Below are positions 1-12,000 of a stretch of DNA of 64,000 bases, piece after piece. The stretch covers positions 1,488,001 through 1,552,000 of the forward strand of contig NC_088802.1 of assembly GCF_011386835.1 (NCBI RefSeq), given 5' to 3'. Every line of letters starts with the position of its first letter. The first letter of the stretch is position 1. This stretch comes from Chrysemys picta bellii. Taxonomy: Eukaryota. Position numbers and translations under genes: made by a program. A model generated the notes under the pieces. It was not told where the DNA came from. It did no database searches and worked only from the letters and a program-made list of their open reading frames with translations.

Positions 1-3000
1 CCGGGCGTTGGGGTCCCGGGGGCGGGCGAACCCCGTGGGGAGCCAGAGCACCCCCTGTTTCCTCGTCCCCCGGCGGCGCAGCCGGAGCCCGACCACGGCC
101 CCCAGGGCCAGCGCCAGCCCCCCCGCGAGCAGGCTGCCGAGCAGGGGCCAGGGCAGCCGTGGGGCAGAGGCCTGGGGGTCTGGGGGGGGAGAGGCAGGGG
201 GTGAAATTGGGGGCACAGGCTGACCCCCAATGACGGATCCTCCCCCACACCCCTCTTGGGACCCCTTCCCAACCTGGCCCCACTACCCCCCACCACTGCC
301 TTGACCCCTCCCTGTCCCCCCTGGCCTGCCCCCCCTTGAGTATCCCTACACGATCCCCCCCAGCCTGTGCCCCCCCCACTGCCCTGCCCCCTCCCCAGCC
401 CCCGCTTACCGCTGCTGGCCTCTTCGACCCACACGGCCGCCAGGGGGTGGGGGGTCAGCGCCCCCAGAGCGTTGGAGGCGGCCAGCGCCCCCAGGAAGCG
501 CCGGGCGCCCTCGGGGGTTGTCAGGCAGCGCCCGGCGCAGCGGGACCCATCCACCACCAGGAACACGACGGACCTGGGGGGCGGCGCGGGGTCAGGGGCT
601 GCTGGAAAGGGAGGTTTTGGGGGGCAGGGTCTCTCCCTATGGGGGTGGGGTCCGTGTTGGGACAGGGTGTTGATTGGGGAATCGGGAGTGGGAGGGATTG
701 GGGGGGTCTCACCCAATGGTGTCCCTCTCCCCCATGGCAGGTCCCCGCAGTTGGCTGGGGATTCAGGGGCTGTGAAGATCGGGGGTGGGGCAATGGGGGA
801 TTTGGAAGGTCGAAGGGATTTGGGGGGTCAGGGGGTGTGGATTTTGGGGTGCAGGAATGCAGGATTTGGGGGTCAGGGGATGGGGGATTTGGAAGGTCAG
901 GGTGTGTGGATATTGGGGTGTGGGAATGCGGGATTTGGGGGTTCAGGGGAGTCTCACTCACCCGATGGCGTCTGTCTCCCCCTCCTGGCCGGCTGCGGTG
1001 GGCGCAGGGTGCGGGGCAGGGCGGGGGGGCCTCCGGCCGGTGCGGTTCCCCCCGCCTGGCCCCTCGCGCCCCGTGTAGGGGTACAGCCTGGGCCGGCCCT
1101 GGGGGTCGCGCCGGGGGCTCAGCCCCACGCGCAGGGCCAGCGCCAGGGCGTGGAGAAGGCCGGGCAGGGCCGGGGGGGGCAGGGCAGCCGCCAGCCCCAG
1201 GGTGGCCCCCTCCCCCGCCGGCCCGGCCCCTCCCAGGGTGCAGTCCCCCCCGTCCCAGCCGCACTCGGGGGTCAGGCAGCCCCGGTCGCAGTGTCCGTTG
1301 GCAAAGTGGTCGTGGCAGTAGCGGGCGTAGGCCAGGCTGGTGGCAGAGACACGGGTTGGGGGTACCCTGCAGAGCTCCCCGGACCCACCCCCCACAGCCC
1401 CCCCGGGTCCCCCAGATTCCCCCAATCCACCCCCCACAGAGCCCCCCAGGATGTGCCCCCGGTCACACCTGGAGACACCCCCTGAACCCCCAATCCCTCT
1501 CAGCCCCCAATGTTCCCTCGCCTGGCAGCCCCCCAGATGCACCCACTCCCCATCCCCCCGATGAGACCCCCCCCCATCGCAGACCCCATCCCCCCACCCC
1601 AGCAGCGAGTCCGAGCTCAAAGCCGGCCCCGTTCCCCGCCCCAGCCCGGCCCGGCGCCCCCCGAGGCCCCTCACCTGCAGCTGGCCGGGCGGCAGTCGTA
1701 CCCATCATACAGACAGGCCTCGCTGTCGCACTGGGGCTGGCAGCGCCCGTCGCGGAAGCCCGGCTGGCACAGCTCCGGGCACCCCGCCCAGGGCTCCAGC
1801 ACCCCCAGCGAGCAGTCACCCCCGTCCCAGGCGCTGGAGGGGGAGCTGCAGGCCGGGTGGCAGATGCCATCCCCCGCCAGCTCCCCGCAGGGCCCCCCCG
1901 CCCCAGGCTGGGGGCAGGCCGAGCCGCCGGGGGGGCAGGGCGCCGGGGGGCGGGCCTGGAGGCAATCGGGGCCCCCGTAGCCTCCCGGGCAGAGGCAGCG
2001 GGGACCGGCCGGGGGCTGGACACACACCCCTTCGTGGTGGCAGTAGTGGGATCCACAGGGGGGCAGCTGGACGTCGCAGGTGGCACCGCTGTAACCCTGG
2101 GGGTGCGGAAAGAGGTGGGGGTCAGATGGATAATGAGGAAAGGGACCCAGGCATCCAGCAAGGGAGAGGCAAAAGGACCCAAGTGTCCGGCAGGGGAAGG
2201 GGAGCAGGGAAAGGATCCAGGAATCTGGCGATGGAGGGGGAAAGGGACCCAGGCATCAGGGGCGGGGGAATGGGGAGCGGTGAAAGGACCCAGGCGTCCG
2301 GCAGGGAATGGAGAGCGGGGAAAGGACCCAGGCGTCCGGTAGTGGAGGGGGAAAAGGACCCAGGCATTTGGGTCAGGGGAGGAGGGAGTGGGGAAAGGAC
2401 CCAGGCGTCCGGGGGAGCTCACCGAAGGGCAGCGGCAGGTGAAGCCGGAGGGGGTGCTGGCCGTCACAGCGCAGGTCCCCCCATTGGCACATGGGTTTGA
2501 TTGGCAGCTGTCAATCACTGACTCACACTGGGATCCTGGCGGGGGGGCACAGGAGAGTTAGAACAGGCCGTCCCTGGAGCCCCCCCCGCCGCCCAACAAC
2601 CCCCCTCGACCGCCCCACCCCCAACGAACCCTCCCCCATCCTGCCCTGGCCCCCCGCCCCTCCCCCGCCCACTTACCGTGCGTGCTGGGGGGGCAGGCGC
2701 AGTAGGGGCCGGTGGGGCGCTGGGAGCAGGTGCCCCCGTTCTGGCAGGGCAGGGGTTGGCAGGGCCCCCCAGGCCCCGGCTCTGAGCAGTTCACCCCGTG
2801 CTGCCCGGGCGGGCACTACAATGGGGAGAGGTCAGGGGTCAGCCCAGGCAGGGTCCCCCCCCAGCACAGGGCCGAGGGACCCCGGCGTCCGGGCAGGGAC
2901 CCCGGCGTCCGCGCAGCTCACCTGGCAGACGTAGCCCCCAGGCCGGGCCAGGCAGGTGGCCCCGTGTTCGCAGGGGTCCGGTTGGCACCGATTGGCCTCC

Positions 3001-6000
3001 TGGCGGCAGGACGGGCCCCCCCAGCCCGGGGGGCAGGAGCAGCGCGGGGTCACCCCCCCGTCCACGCAGTGCCCCCCGTTCCCGCACAGCTCCTCCAGCC
3101 GCACCCCTAGGGGCAGAGCAGGGCAGTGAGCCCCCGGCTGGAGCTGCCCCCCACACCTCCGAGAGCCCCCCTTTCCCCTCCCCCACTGCCCCCATCCCTC
3201 CTCATGCTCCTGCTACCCCCTCCCCTGACATCCCCTACTCCCCCACTCCCCCCATTCCTTTTCCTTGAACCCCCAGACCTCCGGCCCCCCATTCCTCCCT
3301 CCAGCCCCCCCTCGGCACCTCGTCTCTGGGCGGCCGCCTGGCAGGGGCTCTGCGGCTCCTGGCATAGGGCCCCCCCCCAGGCTGGGGGGCAGCGGCAGCG
3401 GGGTGGGGAGGGGCCACCCAGCTGGCAGCGCCCCCCGTTCTGGCATGGGGGGCAGCGGGGGGTCAGCGGCGTCTGGGGGAGAGACAGAGACCGTCAGGGA
3501 GAACCCCCAGCCCCTCAGTGGGGAGACACTGTATCCCCCACCCCCCCTACCCCTCTCACCTCCCTGCTCCCCTCCCCCCTGCCCCTCATCTGGCAGCGCT
3601 CCCCTCCCCCCATACCCCTCTCCCCTCCCTGCTCCCCTCCCCCCCCTGCCCCTCACCTGGCAGCGCTCCCCGCCCCCCGGGCCCCTCTCCCCTCCCTGCT
3701 CCCCTCCCCCCCTGCCCCTCACCTGGCAGCGCTCCCCTCCCCCCCGTGCCCCTCTCCCCTCCCTGCTCCCCTCCCCCCCCTGCCCCTCACCTGGCAGCGC
3801 TCCCCTCCCCCCCGTGCCCCTTTCCCCTCCCTGCTCCCCCCCCGCCCCTCACCTGGCAGTGCTCCCCACTGAACGCCGGGGGGCAGAGGCAGCTGAAGGA
3901 TCCGGCCCCGTCCAGGCAGGACCCACCGTTCGCGCAGGGATCTGGGGGAGAGATGGGGTCAGCGCCACCCCCCACAGTGCCCCTCGGCCCCAGCCCCCCA
4001 GCCCTGAGACCCCTCACCCCCTTAGCCTCACCCCATCCCAGTACTGGCCTCCCTGCCCCCCAGCTCCCCAGCCCTGAGACCCCCCCACCCCCTTAGCCCC
4101 ACCCCATCCCGGTACCGGCCTCCCTGCCCCCCAGCCCTGAGACCCCCCCAGCCCCTTAGTCCCCCCCTCATGTCCCCCAGACCTGAGTCCCTCCACCCAA
4201 TGACCCCCCCGGTCCCTCCCACTCACTGGGGGCGCACTGGTCCAGGTCGCTCTCACAACGCTCCCCGCTGAACCCCGGGGGGCAGAGGCAGAGGTACCCC
4301 ACAGGGCTGTTCTGGCAGGTGCCCCCGTTCCGACACGACCCCCCCCGGCACCCGTCCAGCTCCTCCTCGCACTTCACACCTGGGGGCAGAGACAGAGCGG
4401 GGAACCCAGGGCAGGGCTGGGCTGGCAGGGGGCTGCGGGTCGGGAGTGAGGGGCGCCGGGGGAGCAGGGGCTGCGGGTCAGGAGTGGGGGGCGCCGGGCA
4501 GAGCTGGGAGGCTGCGGGTCAGGAGTGGGAGGCGCCGGGGGAGCCAGGGGCTGCGGGTCGGGAGTGGGGGGCGCTGGGGGAGCCGGGGGCTGTGGGTCGG
4601 GAGTGAGGGGCACCGGGCAGAGCTGGGAGGCTGTGGGTCGGGAGTGAGGGGCACCGGGCAGAGCTGGGGGGCTGCGGGTCGGGAGTGAGGGGCGCCGGGG
4701 GAGCAGGGGGCTGCGGGTCAGGAGTGGGGGGCGCCGGGCAGAGCTGGGGGGCTGCGGGTCGGGAGTGAGGGGCGCTGGGCAGAGCTGGGGGGCTGCAGAT
4801 CAGGAGGGGGGGCGCCGGGGGAGCAGGGGGCTGTGGGTCGGGAGTGGGGGGCGCCGGGGGAGCCGGGGGCTGCGGATCGGGAGTGAGGGGCACCGGGCAG
4901 AGCTGGGGGGCTGCGGGTCGGGAGTGAGGGGCGCCGGGGGAGCCGGGGGCTGTGGATCGGGAGTGAGGGGCACCGGGCAGAGCTGGGGGGCTGCGGGTCG
5001 GGAGTGGGGGGCACCGGGGGAGCCGGGGGCTGCAGATCGGGAGTGGGGGTCGGGAGTGGGGGGGCCATTACCTGTGAACCCCTGGGGGCAGGTGCAGCTG
5101 TAGCCGTGGGGCTGGGGCTGGCAGGTCGCCCCCTGGGGGCAGGGCCCCGAATCGCAGGGGTCGATCTCGGCCGAGCAGTCCCGGCCCGTCCAGCCGGGGG
5201 CGCAGACGCACAGAGCCCTGTGTGGGGCAGGGGGGCGGGGTCAGTGTGAGGTTCCGCCCCCCATCCCACCCCCCAGCCCCGGCCCCCCTTACCCCTGCGG
5301 GTGGCTCTGGCAGGTGCCCTGGGCGCAGGGCCACTGGCTGCAGGCGTCGCTCCAGGGGGCGCAGTCGGGGCCCGTGAAGCCCGGGGGGCAGAGGCAGGAG
5401 AAGCCACCCGCGACCTCCAGGCAGGTGCCCCGCTGGCAGGGGTCACTGGCGCAGGCCCCCACCTCTTCCAGGCAGCGCGGCCCCTCAAATCCTGGGGCGA
5501 CGGGAGTGTCAGGGGGGCTCCAACCCAGCTCCCCAGTCCCTGCCCCACGTCCCCCAGGGGAATCCCCCAAATCCGCCCCCCTATGCCCGTGTCCCCTGGG
5601 TCCTTGTACCCCCAAATCTACACTCCCCTGTCCCAGTTCTAATGTCCCCCAACAGAGACAGATCCCCCAAGTCCCGGTCCATGCCCAGCCCCTCCCCGAG
5701 ACAGCCCCCACCCCCCCATTCCCGGTCCATGCCCAGCCCCCCAGATCCCGGTCCATGCCCAGCCCCCCCATGACAGCCCCCAGCCCCCCAGATCCCAGTC
5801 CATGCCCAGCCCCCCATGGCAGCCCCCAGCCCCCCAGATCTCGGTCCATGCCCAGCCCCCCGAGACAGCCCCCAGCCCCCCCAAGGCAGCCCCCAGCCCC
5901 CCAGATCCCAGTCCATGCCCAGCCCTCTCATGGCAGCCCCCAGCCCCCCAGATCCCAGTGGGCGTCTCACCAGGGGGGCAGTGGCAGCGGAAGGCCCCCG

Positions 6001-9000
6001 TCCCGGCCTGGCAGCGCCCCCCGTTCCCGCAGGGGTGACTGGCGCAGGGGTCGGCCTCTCGCTCGCACGTGGGCCCCAGGGAGCCGGGGGGGCAGAGGCA
6101 CTGGAAGTGGCCGAGCAGGTCCAGGCAGGGCGCCCCCCGCAGGCAGGGCTGGCTCAGACACTCGTTCACGTCGGCCTCGCAGCGGGACCCCGTGTAGCCG
6201 GCCGGGCAGCGGCACCGGAAGGAGCCCACGGTGTTCTCACAGCGCCCGCCGTGCTCGCACGGCTCCGCGCCTGGGGGAGGGGCGTCAGGGGGCTGGCGTG
6301 GGGCCAACACGGCAACGACACACGATGAACACGCCTGGACACGGGGGGCCAGGCACTGACACGCGATGAACACGCCTGGACATGGGTCCATGTGCAGACA
6401 TGCGGACATGCCTGGAAACGGGGAGCCATGCACCGACACACGATGAACATGCCTGGACACGGGGGGGCAGGCACCAACACACAATGAACACGCCTGGACT
6501 CAGGGGCCATGTGCAGACACACGATCAACACGCCTGGACACAGAGGGCCATGAACCAACATGTGATGAACATGCGTGGACTTGGGGGGCCACGCAATGAC
6601 ATGTGATGGACACATGTAGACAACACATACAGACACACATGGAAAATATGCCCAGACATGTAATGCACACACACAGTCATGTGATGCAGATGAAGGCACA
6701 CAAACAACACAAATGTGAATGTCCACGCAGACACACAGGATGGTGCATAAACGTGCAAAGCACACGCACAGACACAGGGCAACAGGCAGAGATTTAATTC
6801 ACGGGCCTGGCCCACATGCTCAGCGACACGGGACCTGCCCCGATGTGCCGTTCACGTGACATGCGGGCAGAGACACGCAGCTGATCGTGCCCTGCCTGTG
6901 CCCGACCCCCGGCCTCACTCACCCAGCTGGCACTCGTCCAGGTCCTGGTGGCAGGTGGGCCCGGTGGAGCCCGGCTGGCACACGCACACGGCCGAGCCCG
7001 TCAGGGGGTTGGTGTCGCACGAGGCCTCCGCGTGGCAGGGGCTGCTCAGGCAGGCGTCGCTCAGGTGGCACAGGAGCCCTGGGGGCGTCAGATGGGGTGA
7101 GAGATGCCCCCACCCAGAGCCAGCCGCACCCAGATCGGGGCCTGCCCCATTCCCCGCCCCCCTGAGCCAGCCAGTCCCTGCCCTGGGGCTGGTGGGAGCC
7201 GGCGCCCCCTAGAGGGGACAGGCCCACCCCACTCCCCACCCCCCGGCCGGCCCCACCTGTGCGCCCCGGGGGGCACTGGCAGAGGAAGGTGCCCACGCGG
7301 TCCAGGCAGGTGGCGCCGGGGAAGCAGGTGGCCGAGACGCAGTCGTCCACATTGTGGCTGCAGCTGGTGCCCGACCAGCCGTTGACGCAGACGCAGCGGA
7401 AGCCCCCGGGCAGGTTGTGGCAGGTGCCACCGTGGTGGCAGGGGGGGGCCCCCGGCGCCAGGCACTCGTCGTCGTCCCCCGAGCAGTCCCAGCCTGCGGG
7501 GAGCACATCAGGATGCCGGGGGGGCTAGTGGTTAGAGCGGGGGGGCTGGGAGCCAGAACTCCTGGGTTCTCTCCCCAGCTCTGGGAGGGGAGTGGGGGCT
7601 GGTGGGTTAGAGCAGGGGGGTCTGGGAGCCAGAACTCCTGGGTTCTCTCCCGGCTCTGGGAGGGGAGTGGGGGCTGGTGGTTAGAGCAGGGGGGGCTGGG
7701 AGCCAGAACTCCTGGGTTCTCTCCCGGCTCTGGGAGGGGAGTGGGGGCTAGTGGTTAGAGCGGGGGGGGGGGTACTGGGAGCCAGAACTCCTGGGTTCTC
7801 TCCCTGGCTCTGGGAGGGGAGTGGGATCTAGTGGTTAGAGCAGGGGGGCTGGGAGCCAGGACTCCTGGGTTCTCTCCCCGGCTCTGGGAGGGGAGTGGGG
7901 ATGGGTGGGTCAGAGCAGGGGGGCTGGGAGCCTGAACGCCTGGGTCCTGTCCCTAGTAAGGGATGGGGGGTGTCCTACTCACCCGTCCAGCCGGGGGGGC
8001 AGAGGCAGGAGTACGTCCCCACCCCGTCCTGGCAAGCCCCCCCGTTCCGGCAGTGGTGCTCCACGCAGTCGTCGGGGTTCACCTCACACAGCTGCCCCGT
8101 GTACCCTGGGGGGGGACAGAGAGAGACGCCCCCGGGGGGGGGTAATTCAGCCGCAGTCGCTCCCCTCCACAGCGGGCGGCCATGTTGGGAGCCACGGTTC
8201 CAGGGCGGAGGGGCTGGGGAGGTTGGCTATCTTGGAGACTGGCCTCCGGCGGTGCCTGCTGACCCCCCCCCACCGAGTCCCCCCCATTCCCAGTCACCCC
8301 CAGGAATGGGTCTGGTTCTAATTAGCCCCGTCCCATAACGGCCCCGTTGAACATAACAGCTGGTGGGAGGAACCAAGAACATGGCGGCCATATTGGATTG
8401 GTCTGTCTAGGGGAAGGGGCCTCTGTGCGGTTCTGAGCGTGATCTCTTCTCTCACTGACAGGGCCAGGCCAGAGAGGGTCAATTCCCGTCGACACCCACC
8501 TGCCCCAGGGCCCAACTTCAGAGACTCGTTAGGAAGATCTGGGAATGAGCAGAGCTGGGAAACGCAGCCGCATCGTTAGGGAGACGGGAGCTGTGTGCTC
8601 AGGGCTTGGGGGGTCAGCAAAGTCTTGTGTATTGCTAGGGCTTCGACCAAAACAGGGATATTAACATTTAGGGAGACACTGGCGGGAAATAGTATTATTG
8701 TCTCTAGGTCTCTTTGAAGGTTGTGGTGACCTGGATCTGAACTGTTTCATGGATAAATGACCCTGTGCTAATTGCCAGGATGTTTAAAAGAAGGAAAGTT
8801 AGGCCAATTGTTTTCTCAGACCGAGCGGCTGCTGGAAATGTATAAAAACCCTGGGACACGATCCTGCTTCATCTCAGATCTGCTTTGGGTTTCAAGAGGG
8901 GGAAACCTTAAACCACAAGGATTGAGATCCCCAGTCACTGACTGGAGCCACCCTGAATATGGACATTGGACTATAACCTCTGGACTATTTCTAAAAGGAC

Positions 9001-12000
9001 TTTTGGCCACTACAAGCTCATCTCTGCTGTGTCTGAACCTCAAGAATTGAATTCAAGTCTGTCTGTAGATTGATCTTTTCACCAACACTCTCTCGCTTTT
9101 CTTTTTTAATAAATTTTAGTTTAGTTAATAAGAATTGGCTGTAGTATGTATTTTGGGTAAGATCTGAGTTATCATTGGACCTGGGTGTGTGGCTGACTCT
9201 TTGGGGTTGGAAGAACATTTTCTTTTATATGATGAAAGAAGATTTTCAGTAATCATCATCATATCTGACGTGTGTCTGGACGGAGGCCTGAGGCCGGGCA
9301 CTTTAAGGGAACTGCGTTGTTTGGACGTCTGAGTAACCAGGGAGGTTCTATAGAAGCTGTTTTGGGCTGGTTGGTAAATCTCAGCACTGGAGGATCCACC
9401 AGCGTTGGGGGTTTGTCTGCCCCGGTCTGTTTGCAGTTCACCCTGATTGAGTGACCTCAGCACCGTCACAGCCTTGATGGGGCGGCCATATTGGATTGGT
9501 TCTGTCTAGGGGAAGGCATCTCAATGTGGCGGCCATATTGGATTGGCCCTGTCCGGGGGATGAGAAATCGATGGGGCGGCCCTACTGGGACGGTCCAGTC
9601 TACAGGAACGGGCCAGGGCCTGGCGGCCATATTGGGCACCAGCGGACGATACGTCACCTCGGCGGCCATATTGAACGTCGGCCCCACGTGCGACAAGGCG
9701 CCCCCGGCCCAGCCCCCGCCCCCGCCGCGGCGCAGCCCCCACCTGGCGGGCACAGGCAGCCGTGGAAGCCGCCGGGCAGGGGGCGGCAGGTCCCGCCGTG
9801 CAGACACAGCCCGGCGGAGCAGGGCCCGGCGCGGTGCTGGCACTGGGGGCCAGAGAAGCCGGGGGGGCAGAGGCAGCGGAAGGAGCCCAGGCTGTTGAGA
9901 CAGGTGCCCCCGTTGGCGCAGGGCCCGGGGTCCCGGTAGCACTCGTTGACGTCGTGCTGGCAGGTGTGGCCGTCGAAGCCGGGCAGGCACTGGCACACGA
10001 TGTGCGGGTAGGTGAGCAGGCAGGTGCCCCCGTTGGCGCAGGGGTTGGTGGGGCAGAAATCCATCAGCTGGCAGTTCTTCCCTGGACGGGACCCCGCATC
10101 AGAGCCAGGGAGAGAACCCAGGAGTCCTGGCTCCCGCCCCCCTCCCAGAGCCACGGAGAGAACCCAGGAGTCCTGGCTCCTGCCCCACTCCCAGAGCTGG
10201 GGAGAGAACCCAGGAGTCCTGGCTCCCAGCCCCCCACCCCCTTGCTCTAACCACCAGCCCCCACTCCCCTCCCAGAGCCGGGGAGAGAACCCAGGAGTCC
10301 TGGCTCCCGCCCCCCTCCCAGAGCCAGGGAGAGAACCCAGGAGTCCTGGCTCCTGCCCCACTCCCAGAGCCGGGGAGAGAACCCAGGAGTCCTGGCTCCC
10401 AGCCCCCCACCCCCTTGCTCTAACTACCAGCCCCCACTCTCCTCCCAGAGCCGGGGAGAGAACCCAGGAGTCCTGGCTCCCAGCCCCCCACCCCCCTGCT
10501 CTAACCACCAGCCCCCACTCCCCTCCCAGAGCTGGGATAGAACCCATGCGTCCGGGCACCTACCTGTCCATCCTTCCATGCACAGGCAGCGGTACTGGGC
10601 GCTGGACAGGCGCTGGCAGGTGCCGCGTTTCTGGCAGGGCGAGGGGAAGCAGGGGTCGCCCACGGCCCCCTGGCACTCGTCCCCGGTGAACCCTGGGGGG
10701 CAGGAGCAGGTGTAGGTGGGGGGCACCGAGGGGTGGAAGAGCCGGGGGAAGCAGGTGCCCCCATTCCGGCAGCGCCCGGGGCGGCACGGGTCCTGGAACT
10801 GGCACGACTCCCCCACAAAGCTGGGGGGGCAGCTGGGGAGAGAGAACCCAGGAGTCCAGTGAGGGGAGAGGGAGTTAAGCCCCACATTTTCCCTCCCCCC
10901 AAAACCCCCCAATCAGCTCCCTCCCCCTGGGTTCCCCTCAACTCACAGGCAGGAGCGGCTCCCATCGGGGTGTGCCAGGCAGGTGCCCCCGTTCGTGCAG
11001 GGATCCCGGGCGCAGGTCAGACCTGGGGGGGGGCGTGGACAGACGGACGGCGGGGGTCAGAACACCCTCAGACATGGAGACCCCATCTCCCCAGCCCTCC
11101 ACCCCTACCCCAGAGCCCCGGCTGTACCTCGCCCAGGGGTCCTTATCCCGGGATAAGCCCCTGGTACAGACGCCCTTATCCCGGGATAAAGCAGCCAATC
11201 CCCCCCTTTAGCTCCGTCCTCCACAGGGGGGCACGGGGGATTTCTCTCCCCCACAGGGACGGCTCCGCGCTGCCCCCCAGCCGGGGGATCTCCCAATGGG
11301 GACCGAACCAGCCGGCCCCACTATGGGCACAGAGAACCCAGGAGTCCTGCCAGACACGGGGGGCAGCTGCCTGGGGGGGGGGTTCGAGCATTTCTGTTAA
11401 TTGGTTTCCAGTTCTGGATGGGATGAAATGACGGAATAATGGGTGTGACGTAGCCCAGGGGAGCTTGACAATGCGACAGAAAATCCATCGCGTCAGAGGA
11501 TACAGCGTTCAAACGTGTCGCACGGCTGGGTTCGGATTTCATACACTGCACCCCCCGGGCCGAGAGCACGGAACGGAGCTGAGTTCACGGGATTATTTTA
11601 ATATAATAGGACACGGAATACGACAACATGAAAATAACCTTAACGTTCATAAATCTATTATACGCACGACTGAAATATTAGAGAGCGATTCGAATGTAAA
11701 TATATTTGATAAGATATTTAATATGAACCATATTTGAAATCTAATTGTATATGTAAAATATATTACAATATTATAAACAGCAAACAGTATAGTCAATATT
11801 TTAATCTTCAACTTAATAGATACCTATAATATGAACACAATAGATCTTCTATTGAATCTTGATAGCTTGATCTGACTAGATCACATGAAATGTCAAATAG
11901 ATCATTAATTTTAAGACTAGATTATTATATTGACCATTTTAATATATTATACTTATATAATAGCGATTCTATTTCATATTTATTAGAACATGTATTAAGT

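Noticed and set aside
336-2342. 668-aa plus-strand ORF and other long plus-strand ORFs over NOTCH4
   Set aside because: These are antisense shadows of GC-rich exons and repeats, with low-complexity G/P/R/A composition and no recognisable domain.
11465-11737. 90-aa ORF in the AT-rich island as a viral or Penelope GIY-YIG fragment
   Set aside because: No convincing catalytic motif, and the start differs between the two copies; left unassigned.
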